Part shown: positions 40,678 through 52,935 of the stretch, piece by piece | Layout of the letters: every line of letters starts with the position of its first letter | Numbering within the stretch: position 1 is the stretch's first letter | Origin: Octopus sinensis | Taxonomy: Eukaryota | NCBI RefSeq assembly: GCF_006345805.1 | Contig: NW_021832981.1 | Location: forward strand, 1-64,000 | Direction of reading: 5' to 3' | Length of the DNA stretch: 64,000 nt | Notes under the pieces: model-generated | The model's database searches: none | What the model was told of the DNA's origin: nothing | The model's input: only the letters and a program-made list of their open reading frames with translations | Position numbers and translations under genes: made by a program

Positions 40678-40725
40678 CTTATAAGGAAAGAATACTGGAA
40701 GAACATTGCTTTAAAAATAGCAATC
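40678..40725 (-). other. Tentative 48-bp upstream exon (possible 5' exon of the Ig gene)
   Basis: Good acceptor gttttatttgcacag| and donor AAG|gtaagg in unique sequence. Contains ATG (MFFQYSFLI) but ends in phase 2, so it cannot join the phase-1 Ig exon directly. Confidence 0.2.
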
Positions 40726-40835
40726 CTGTGCAAATAAAACATTTATTGACATTCGTCAAAGCTGAGAAGAGACAGACGATGAAATATTGCTCCCAGATAT
40801 AGGACAGTTAGGCTCCACAAGTACGACCTTAGTTG

Positions 40836-40947
<112 letters not shown>

Positions 40948-41284
40948 CTCTTTCCCCCTCTCTCTCTCCATCTCTTTTTCTGTCTATCTTGGGCCGTATC
41001 TAGAAAAGAACCACCCAACTAATTAGCATGTTTAACAGACACACTTCGGTCTCAGACTCACAGTCTCTCTCCCCTTCTCTCACCCTCACCCTCCTTCTCT
41101 CTCCCTCTTCCTTTCTTTTTCTCTCCCTCTCTCTTTTTTCTCCCTCCCCTTAAATGTCGTGCACTGCTTTAGATGCGAAAATACCGCGTAACATTGCAGA
41201 GGGAGAGAGGGAGAAAGAGAGAGAGAAGGAGAGAGAGAGACGGAAACTGAAAGAAGCACGTTGTATAAGTATATATATATATAT

Positions 41285-41529
41285 ATACAAAATTAAGAGG
41301 AATGACCACTAAAGTGGACACCCTATATGCTAAACATAGACGTCAAATCGCCATTACCACGAAGAATGTGTTCTCAAGAAAATAGAATCAGCAAAAACCC
41401 ATTTTCACATTTTGGCGTTTGGCTGGGATTTTTTTCTTGAGAACACATTCTTCGTGGTAATGGCGATTTGACGTCTATGTTTAGCATATAGGGTGTCCAC
41501 TTTAGTGGTCAGTCATCTTAATTTTGTAT
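41285..41529. mobile_element. Young palindromic element, 98-bp arms
   Basis: 41285-41382 versus 41432-41529 differ at only 2 positions; the 49-bp spacer is itself partly self-complementary. Confidence 0.9.
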
Positions 41530-41617
41530 GTAACACAATTTTTAATCTTCGGATTTTTTAAATATGCTAAGCCACTGGTTTTAGTTGATTAATATCAATT
41601 TCTAACCTTATTATCTA

Positions 41618-41655
<38 letters not shown>

Positions 41656-42189
41656 TGGGTTTGCAAACTTCAATAAAAGCATGCATCATACCAATGCTAT
41701 CCTACCCCACACAATAGCAAAATATACATATTATTATGTTGTAATGCATTGTGTAACCACATGAGGGTTCTTCTGTACTGTGCGGGTGCATTCCATTCCA
41801 TTATATCGTTCCTTCACCCACAAGGGAGAAGTTCAGATGTAAGCCGAAACGATCGTCGTGCTAAATAAAGCTTACAGTACGCTTTGTCTTCACAATGGAT
41901 TATTTAATGTGTATGTGTGTGTGTGTGCATGTGTGTGTATGTATATGTGTCTTTGTGTCTCTGTGTGTGCTCCACCAACGCTTGACAACAAGTGTTGGTG
42001 TTTTTACGTTCCTGTAACCTAGCTGTTCGACAAATGCACTCGATGAAATAAGTACCAAACGATGGGTCGATTCATGGCGATACCTTGGCATGGCCATAGT
42101 CTAGGGACTGAAATAAGTAGTAAAAAGATAAAAAATATATATATATATATACATATACGAATATTTTCTTATTACATAACAAAAAGGAT

Positions 42190-42437
42190 AAAGGTCTTTC
42201 TCGTGTCATGGAGACTCTTAAGGGCTGGTTTCCCAGTTTCCACGGCGTATATATCCCCCACTTGGACGGGACACCGCACCGTCGCAGGATTACTCATGTT
42301 TGCCAGCTGAGTGAACTGGAGCAAAATGGAACGAAGTGTTTTGCTCAAAAACACAACGCGTCGCCCGATCCATGAATCGAAACTACAATCTTACAATCAC
42401 GACTCAATCCCCTAACTACGAAGCCATACACCTACAC
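42190..42437 (-). mobile_element. SINE with tRNA head, CORE-like body and V-like 3' half
   Basis: ttgagcaaaacacttcgttccattttgctccagttcactcagctgg followed by cctgcgacggtgcggtgtcccgtccaagtggggg...ggaaactgggaaacc, as in family E. Confidence 0.7.
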
Positions 42438-43130
42438 AGTCTATTACAAGATATATACATGATACAAAGATATTACGTAAGATTCTGGCATCAAGTGCAA
42501 ATTCTTCACTAATATAGATTACTACTAGACGCAAACGATGTCCGGAAGAACAAGAAGAAAGATCAGAACAGTCTAGACAGTCTTTGACTATTGCATTTTA
42601 TCACTAATGCAGGCAGTACATGTTGAACGACAGATGCAAAAATGAAGACACGAATTGAGTTTAAAAAGTGTAGATAGAATTATTTTCCAAGTCAGAATGT
42701 AAATTATTTTCTAAGACGGAATGTAGTTCGTCTAGAAACAGTAAATATAAGATGATATCAAATGCGATTACATAAATGATTAGTTTTTTTTTTTTTTCTG
42801 AAGAGAAAATCTGGTTTTAACACATTTTTCGTACAAAAAAGTAGATATGCAAATACATTTATACTGTACACTTCAAAATTCTTACATTTTAAGTTCACGA
42901 GAAGTGTAGCCATTCTTGAATTATTCATCTCTTTATCACATCAGGTTTCGAACATTAAGTATTTGTAATCCTAAAGCAAGGGAATGGCAACACAATGCTT
43001 GGTGAGAATAATCTTGAAATTGATGCGTGACTCATTATTGCGGTTATGTCATATGTGTATACATGGTCGTACTTTATGGCACCTCATCAGTTTCAGGCCG
43101 TAGAAGGGAGAGTGAATTTGGGGAGTTTTT

Positions 43131-43548
43131 TTTTACTTGTTTCAGTCATTTGACTGCGGCCATGCTGGAGCACCGCCTTTTAGTCGAGCAAATTGACCCC
43201 GGGACTTATTCTTTGTAAGCCTAGTACTTATTCTATCGGTCTCTTTTGCCGAACCGCTAAGTGACGGGGACGTAAACACACCACCATCGGTTGTCAAGCA
43301 ATTCTAAGGGGACAAACACACACACACAAACACACACACATAAACACATACACATGCACACACATATATATATATACATATATACGACAGGCTTCTTTCA
43401 GTTTCCGTCTACCAAATTCACTCACAAGGCATTGGTCGGTCCGGGGCTATAGCAGAAGACACTTGCCCAAGATGTCACGCGATGGGACTGAACCAGGAAC
43501 CATGTGGTTGGTTAGCAAGCTACTTACCACACAGCCACTCCTGCGCCT
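43131..43548 (-). mobile_element. Full-length SINE family B
   Basis: Same architecture as 38298-38717. Confidence 0.88.
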
Positions 43549-43940
43549 ATTTACTAGCAAATTCTTAGCCTTTCGTGCCAGAGCTACGGTGAAGACGTCG
43601 GCAGCGGGTCGTTGGATAAATCACAAAGCGGAGGAGTCCTAGGCCAACGGCTTGAGGTTTACTGCGACCAAGCGGAAGATCTGTGTCATCAGACAAAGGT
43701 TGGGCGTCAACTAATGAGGGAGCTGCTACCTTGAGGTAGCCTGATGGTAGGCCACGCTCGTTCCACTCTTGTACAGCTCTTGATACTTGGAGTGGAGATT
43801 CAGAGAGACAGTCTGGTTGGTAAGGGCGGGTGACGCTAAATGCCTTACTCACCGTCCAAAGGCGTTTTGTTCTGAAAAGAGGTCTTAACACCGACGTACG
43901 ACGTACAGCTGACGACTACGGACATACTCTTCACTCTTAT

Positions 43941-44320
43941 CTTTTTACTTGTTTCAGTCATTTGACAGCGGCCATGCTGGAGCACCGCTTTTAGTTGAAC
44001 AAATCGGCCCCATAATTTACACTTTGCAAACGTAGTACTTATTCTAGAGGTCTCTTTCCCGAACCGCTAAGACCAACATCTATTGTCAAGCGATGGTGGA
44101 GGGATAAACACAGACACATAAACATGCACACACACGAACATACACACACACACACACACACACGACGGGCTTCTTTCAGTTTCTGTCTACCAAATCCACT
44201 CGCGAGGCTTTTGTCGGCCCAAGGCTATAGCAGAAGACACTTGCCCAAGGTGCCATGCAGTGAGACTGAACCCAGAACCATGTGGCTGGTAAGCAGACTA
44301 CTTACCACGCACCCACTCCT
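43941..44320 (-). mobile_element. Full-length, more diverged SINE family B
   Basis: Same architecture as 38298-38717. Confidence 0.85.
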
Positions 44321-44525
44321 GTGTGTATATACATATACACACGCACACACACATATAACACATACACAGCCATACACGCATACAGGATGTGACGGCGAGT
44401 ACAGATACATAGAAACACACATATGTTTTATTATGTGCAGTGAGAGATAGCATAAAACGACTAGAATGGATGGATAGATAAATAGATAGATATAGATAGA
44501 TATAGATAGATAGATTGATATAGAC

Positions 44526-44603
<78 letters not shown>

Positions 44604-45611
44604 GGAAAGAGAGAGAGAGAGAAGTGGAAAGGGAATAAAAGATAAGGACAGAAAGGAAGAGTGAGATAGTAGTAGAGAGAGAGAGGAAAGAGAGAGACAG
44701 AGAGAGAAAGGGAGAAAGTAAAGAACAGTAAAGGAATTCAACAATCATATCCTATAATAATCGTTAAGATTTCTACAAAAATAATATCGGAGAAATAACT
44801 AGAAAATTATTGTTTCAAAGAAAAATGAATAGAAAATTGAAAATATGCTTGTGTGTTTTTGTCATATTGTATTTTTTTTTTTTGCCTCTTTCGTTAAAGA
44901 ATCTCATTCTAAGTTAGATAAAATGATTAAATCAATAGAAATATCTTACGGAAAAAAACTCCAGAGAGGAACGGCAGACAAAACATGAAGATAAAATTTG
45001 TAGAAAAGGAAAAAAGATTTTTATTAAAAACGAAGATAAACGCGGTCAATCATTTTATGCTGTTGTTTTGAATAAAGTTTTTTTCTTAGGTTAAAATTGA
45101 TTAATTCTTAAGAATTTACAGTACAATAAATAATACGACGGAGTTTATTAGAATGTACTTTAATGTTATTGAACTTTTATTTCAAGGAAACCAATATATA
45201 TATTATATATATATAAGAAGAAAATAAATATATTCTGATACATTCTTGAAAAAGAAATTTTATTTTTAAATAAATGTTACATTTATAAATGATTCATTTG
45301 TCAGAATTGATAAATATATAAACGAAAACGAGGCAATGTCTTAACGTGGCTATGAGAATTTGTTGAACGAGTCTATAAAGACAGGGTCTAAAAGCATCTA
45401 TGCACGATTTTGGCTACACACACACACACACACACACTCACAAACACATATATGTATATGTATACATATATGTATTTATATATATGTATATATACATACA
45501 TATATGTATAAATATGTATATATATGTATGTATATATATATATATGTATGTATAAATATATATATACATATATATAAATATATATTTCTATGTATGTAAT
45601 ACATATATGCA

Positions 45612-45650
<39 letters not shown>

Positions 45651-45832
45651 ATATATGTGTGTGTGTAAGTGTGTGTGTGTGTATACATACATACATATAT
45701 ATATAGATATAGATATAGATATAGATATATATAGATATATATTCATATATATATATATACATACATATATATATGTATATATATGTGCATAGATATATGT
45801 GTGTGTATGTATATGTGTGTATATATATATAC

Positions 45833-45871
<39 letters not shown>

Positions 45872-46343
45872 CATAGATACATACATACATATATATATAC
45901 ATATATATACATATATATGAAATAAATATATATGTGTGTGTGGTGTGTGTGTGTATGCCGGTATGTATGAATACATGTATTACGTTTACATTCCAGTAAA
46001 GTATTTGTTTAAGGACTGGCTCTGTTGATATAGATGATACTGTGTTTGCCTTCGGCTCTCGGCGTCTCAAAGATAAATATTTATTTATTGTACACATTCA
46101 GACCAACTACTATGTTGGATATTGTCCATTGATTAAACTTTTCATGTCAAGAGATCACTGGATGATGACACAAATTGATTTCATGGACTGAACTGGATTG
46201 GCATAATGGCTGCAGTGACAATCATGCCTTTCCGAAAAGCATTAAGTAGCTGAGTAAATGAAATAGCAGCTATTTAAACTATTAATGATAATAATAATAA
46301 GAAGATTGAAAATAAGAAGAAGAAGAGCAACAACATCAACAAA

Positions 46344-47006
46344 GGATCTTTTCGGTTTGAACGGCAGTTTTTTCTAGCGGTGTCATATGAAATTGTCACC
46401 CATAATTATGACCCTAGTATCGATCGATTGCATTTCAATCTCTTTTAAGGTTAGGGTTGGGGTTAGGGGTGGGGAGAAGGGTATCTTTTTTCTTCACAAA
46501 TGTAAATAAACCCAATCTGTTCCTTAAACGAGGGACATATTCATACGGCACAGAATGCTTTTTACCTCAATAGACGTCACGGATTGGTTGAAATTGCAGA
46601 AATTAAAGAAAAAACACAGCAAATATCTTACAAATTATAGAATTTTCTCAATAAAGCCAAGAGAAAAAGATGTTTTATAAACACATTCTACCAGTATACG
46701 AAATTTAAAATATTTTAGTTACCTAGAAATTATGTTAAAAACTGCCGTTCAAACCGAAAAGATCCCAGAATGCTTTTTAACTCAATAGACGTCACTGATT
46801 AGTTGAAATTGCAGAAATTGAAGAAAAAAAATAACAAATATCTTACAAACTATAAAATTTTCTCAATATAGCCAAGAGAAAAAGATTCTACCAGTATACG
46901 AGAAAAAGATTCTACCAGTTAACACATTCTACCAGTATACGAAGTTTAACATCTTTTAGTTACCTAGAAATTATGTTAAAAACTGCCGTTCAAACCGAAA
47001 ATATCC
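46344..47006. mobile_element. MITE with GGATCTTTTCGGTTTGAACGGCAGTTTT TIRs and a duplicated right half
   Basis: Left TIR at 46344; right TIRs end at 46765 and 47006. 46766-47006 duplicates 46551-46765. Flanks tcaacaaa/tcaacgaa are a possible 8-bp TSD. Confidence 0.85.
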
Positions 47007-48537
47007 TCAACGAAAACTAGAGCAAAGAGAAGAACTAAAAGCCAGTCGTAACTAATTACAGGAGTTAGATAAGTCTAGTCATCAAGCATGTCAGGTACAG
47101 GTGAGTAGTGGTAGCGAAAGCGGCTTTTGCTACACATTAAAACATCTGAAGGAACAGGTAGTGTTTTCATTACGAACAATAAATTAGTAAGCCTGTGGCT
47201 TTTAACTTAGTTTTATGGCTGCCGTTGCGTTGAAGTCGTTGTTAGTTCGTATTTAAAGCTGTTAGCGCCTCTATGTGCGGTGTTCACACACAGTGAGTGA
47301 TGTTAATATTATTATTGTTATTATTATTAGTGGCGACGGTGGAGATGGAGGTGGTGGTGGTTTCTGTTCGGCTGCATGTTAGCAGTGTTTGTTAATGCCG
47401 AGTGTTTGGCAGGGATGGCGGGGCAGCACAGCGCTGCATTTAATATGGTAAATGTACATCAACAATAAAGATCTACCTGCTGTGTGTCACTACATTCTCT
47501 GTCCCTCTTTCTCCCCTTCTCTCGTTCTCTTACTCTGTCTTTCTTCACCGCTCTCTTCCTCTCTCTCTCTCTCTCTCTCTCTGCCTCTCTCTGTCTCTAT
47601 GTCTCTGTCTCTCTGTGTCTATCATTCTCTGCCTCTAAATTTAGATTCGTACCTGTTACATAGGAACGTATACTGACAGATACTGACTCTCCCAAACACA
47701 CATTTACACACATACACACAGGCGCACGAGCACACACACACACAAATACTCACATGCATGCACACGCACACGCACGCACAAACACGCACACACACGTGCA
47801 TGCACACGCGCACACACACGCGCACACATACACATACGCGCACAGACATACACACACACTCACGAGTTCACACGCACATATATATCTATATCCAAATACA
47901 TACATATAAATGTATGTGTCTGTGTATATACACAAATATATACATACAAATATACATATACACACATATATTGACTTGTGTGTACAGGTATATCGATATA
48001 TATACAGGTGAATGTATATATATATATATACACACGTATATAAGTATATATCTAAATAAATATATACAAGAATATTATGAGTATATTGATGTGAATTTGC
48101 ATGTTTGCAAATATATGTATATATGTGTATATATGTATATTTATATATATATACACATAAGCTCGAGTGTACACTCAGGCACACATTCACATTAACACAT
48201 AGACACCGCCACACAACACCCACATACACACATATGCACACGCACACGCATGCATTCATAATATATAGATACACAATTATACATATCCATGTGTCATAAT
48301 GTTATATACATACATACATTATATAATAATATATATTATATATATATATATATACCAAAAATAATAAAAAAACATAGCATATATACATACATACATGTAC
48401 GTGCCTACATCTATATATGTATATACATGCATATTTATAAATATATATATATATTATATATATATATATAATAATATATATATATATATATACATACATA
48501 TATATATTATATATATTATATATATATATATACATAC

Positions 48538-48569
<32 letters not shown>

Positions 48570-49158
48570 ATATATGTACATACATACATATACATATATA
48601 TAGAACATATAGCTTGTGGCCAATTTTCAATGGTAAACCGGGGTAACAAATGAGAAGCTATCACCTGTTAACGATGTTTTAAATCCCAGTAGCGGCATAT
48701 ATAACAGAGAGACATGCGACCGTTATTACTGCTTCTAGAGACATATAAATGGTGGTGGTTGTTATATTCAGGTTTGCATTTAAAAGAATTATTTCCTCTG
48801 AAAATACGAAAGTTGAACCGATGAATTAATTAGCCATTACTCTTTATATTTCTGATTCCCTCTTCTCTCTTTCTTCTTTCTTTCTTTCTCTCTCTGTATC
48901 ACCCTGCACAGATGTTTCATAATACACACTCACACACACACACAATTATATAATATTATAATATAAATAATATAATATAATATAATATAATATAATATAA
49001 TATAAATATATAGATTATATATATATATATATATATATATACTACATATATATTATATTATATTATATTATATTATATTATATTATAATATGTGTATATA
49101 TAGTGTGTGTGTGTGTGCGTGTATGTATTATGAAACACATCTGTGAAGAGTGATACAG

Positions 49159-49190
<32 letters not shown>

Positions 49191-49192
49191 GA

Positions 49193-49223
<31 letters not shown>

Positions 49224-49369
49224 TTGTGTATGTGTGTATTTTTTCTTTTACTTGTTTCAGGCATTTAACTGCAGCCATGCTGGAGCACAGCCTTTAGTCG
49301 CACAAATCGAATTCAGGACTTATTCTTTGTAAGCCTAGTACTTATTCTATCGGTCAACTCCAACAGTAA

Positions 49370-49862
49370 ATTTTGCAAATTTCCGAAACTTTCTTTAATG
49401 GTCACATATTTCAAAAGTAGATTAGGAAGATCTCCAATGCTACTATCCAACAATAATGCCAATATGGAAACAAGAAAACCTTTATAAAACTCTCACCACA
49501 TAGAATAGTAAATATGTTTTAAAAAGCAATTATACTGTGCCGTTGTATCATCTGGAAAGGATTGAACTTGCTATATTGGTGTAACAGAAAACATTCAAAA
49601 TCTGCCTTGCTCATTCTATCACCACATCTGAACAAAATACAATGCTGTCCAAACACAAGAAGGAAAAGGACGTTGGAATAACGAGAGTCATCATATTGAC
49701 AGCCGTAGACACGGAACACTAACACACAAGAACTCCTTCAAGATCTACTACCTTTCTCTCAGATGGAAAATCGAAATCAGTCGTCATCCGTCCGGATTCT
49801 TAAAAAGAATGAGAGCTCATCGCAACTTGTCACCATATAACAAAGTTTCTGTTAAGTAACCT
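49370..49862 (+). mobile_element. Decayed Penelope-like element, GIY-YIG region
   Basis: Frameshifted remnants YIGVTEN(T)FK, NTMLSKH and ELIATCHHITKFLLSN occur in the order expected for Penelope GIY-YIG C-termini. Confidence 0.65.
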
Positions 49863-50322
49863 GAAAGCTGCTTAAAAGCTTAAGATAAAGAGGGAAAAGA
49901 AAATTAACACGTCCATTCAATTTTACACATCAAACGGCGAAATACGACTTAAAATCTGAAACCAGGCGATCTTCTGTCTTATTTCTTAAAGACTGGATCA
50001 CATCATCAATAGTTACGAACATGTGATTAATTCTGAAGTAGAAACCTAGCACTACTCGTCAGTAAAGAGAACCAACAGGTGTCCAATCAGTTAATGAACT
50101 GTACAGCTAATCAATAGACAAATAACACTTGTTAATATTCACGCCATCATTTTGTCTCTTCGAGTATAGCACCGGACAGGGCCGACTAACATGAGCTGGG
50201 CGGAATCTTTCGGTATGGGGAAATATTCGGTTTGCCATATACATACATGCATGCATACATACATACATACATACATACATACATACATACATACATACAT
50301 ACACGTGCATGTATATATGTAT

Positions 50323-50354
<32 letters not shown>

Positions 50355-50511
50355 GTGTGGTGTGTGTGTGTGTGTGTGTGTATGTATATATATATATAAA
50401 TTTACATATAAACATATACATAAAATTAAGTGCGTATATACATACATATGCTGTATATACATACATAAGTGCATATGCATATACACATGCCTATATATAT
50501 TACTCTCTCTT

Positions 50512-50607
<96 letters not shown>

Positions 50608-50933
50608 GTGCAACATATGTTAAAAGTGCTACTAAAATATATCTGTTTCTGTGTTTGAGTGTGAGTGCGTATGTGTGTATGCGTACGTGTGTATGTGTGT
50701 TAATATTTTAATAATTGATATCTTTCCAGGCGTGTGTAATTAAAAAGACAATTGAATTTACATTTACAAATTTAACTAATTAGACTTTTTCACCCATATT
50801 CCGTTTGTCTTACATCTTAGGCTTCGCAATAAATTTCACTTCCTGTTTAACATTATTAGAACTGAAGCACTACATTATCCAGTTTCTCCTTATACAAACT
50901 TGCTAACGTGTATTAACCAATTATACTTCATTA

Positions 50934-51316
50934 GTGGAGGCGCAATGGCCCAGTGGTTAGGGCAGCGGATTCGCGGTCGTAGGATCGCGGTTTCGATTCC
51001 CAGACCGGGCGTTGTGAGTGTTTATTGAGCGAAAATACCTAAAAGCTCCACGAGGCTCCGGCAGGGGATGGTTGTGATCCCTGCTGTACTCTTTCACCAC
51101 AACTTTCTCTCACTCTTACTTCCTGTTTCTGTTGTACCTGTATTTCAAGGGGTCGGCTTGTCACTCTCTGTGTCACGCTGAATATCCCCGAGAACTACGT
51201 TAAGGGTGCACGTGTGTGGAGTGCTCAGCCACTTACACGTTAATTTCACGAGCAGGCTGTTCCGTTGATTCGGATCAACCGGAACCCTCATCGTCGTAAC
51301 CGACGGAAGTGCTTCC
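50934..51316 (+). mobile_element. Full-length SINE family C with 14-bp TSD
   Basis: TSD attatacttcatta at 50920-50933 and 51317-51330. Confidence 0.92.
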
Positions 51317-52076
51317 ATTATACTTCATTAACTGCCTTCGGTTTATAAACCAGCAACTGTGTATTGATTGGCTGCACGTATAATCCTTTATTCTTTTATT
51401 ATCATTTCATTTGTTTCAGTCATTCGACTGAGGCCATACTGGAGCACCATCCTAGAATGGTTTACTCAAAGAAATCGACACCAATCGGAGTGGTGCAGTG
51501 GCTGTGTGGTAAGTAGCTTGTTTACCAGCCACATGGTTCCGGGTTCAGACCCACTACGTGGCACCTTCGGCAAGTGTCTTCTACAATAGCCTCGGGCCGA
51601 CCAAAGCCTTGTGAGTGGATTTGATAGACACACAGTCTGTTTACTAAATTCATTCACATGGTGGCAATCGCCCCGGGATTATAGCTGTGCAGCGAAACTG
51701 AACTCAAAACCACGTCTTTGAGAAGAGTACTACTTAACGATGCAATTATACCTTCACCCATATATACCTATAGCATATACCTATAAGGCGGAGAATTGGC
51801 AGAAACGTTAGCATGCCGGGCGAAATGCTTAGCCGGTACGTTCTGATTTCAAATTCCGCCGAGGTCGACTTTGCCTTTCATCCTTTCGGGGTCGATAAAT
51901 TAAGCACCAGTTACGCATTGGGGTCGATGTAATCGACTTAATCCGTTCGTCTGTCCTTGTTTGTCCCTTCTATGTTTAGCCCCTTGTGGGTAGTAAAGAA
52001 ATATATATACCTATAGCATACACACAAACATATGCTCAATCATAAATACACCCACGCATATATTTTCAATTCGATG

Positions 52077-52114
<38 letters not shown>

Positions 52115-52118
<4 letters not shown>

Positions 52119-52935
52119 CTTGTTTCAGTCATTTGACTGCGGCCATGCTGGAGCACCGCCTTTAATCGAGCAACTCGACCCCGGGACTTATTCTTTGTAA
52201 GCCCAGTACTTATTCTATCGGTCTCTTTTTGCCGAACCGTTAAGTAACGGGACAAACCACACCAGCATCGGTTGTCAAGCAATGCTAGGAGGACAAACAC
52301 AGACACACAAACATACACTCACATGCATATATTATATATATACGAACAGGCTTCTTTCAGTTTCCGTCTACAAAATCCACTCAAGTCTTGGTCGGCCCAA
52401 GGCTATAGTAGAAGACACTTGCCCAAGGTGCCACGTAGTGGGACTGAACCCGGAACCATGAGGTTGGTAAGCAAGCTACTTACCACACAGCACTCCTACG
52501 CTCATATATATATATATCTATATATATATAATATAGTTACTTTTTTCAGTTCAGTCATTTGACTGCGCCATGCTGGAGCCAACCGCCTTAATCGAGCAAC
52601 TCGACCCCGGGACTTATTCTTTGTAAGCCCAGTACTTATTCTATCGCGGTCTCTTTTTGCCGACCGTTAAGTAACGGGACATAACCACAACCACCATGCA
52701 TCGGTTGTCAAGCAATGCTAGGAGGACAAACACAGACACACAAACATACACTCACATGCATATATATATATATATACGACAGGCTTCTTTCAGTTTTCCG
52801 CTACCAAATCCACTCACAAGTCTTTGGTCGGCCCAAGCTATAGTAGAAGACCTTGCCCAAGGTGCCACGTAGTGGACTGAACCCGGAACTGAGGTGGTAA
52901 GCAAGCTACTTACCACAAACAGCCACTCCTACCTC
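52115..52935 (-). mobile_element. Two tandem SINE family B copies (52115-52500 and 52537-52935)
   Basis: Both share private variants; the second differs mainly by small indels. Confidence 0.85.

Noticed and set aside
46449-46470. TTAGGG-like motif as interstitial telomere
   Set aside because: Only two imperfect units, internal to a MITE.
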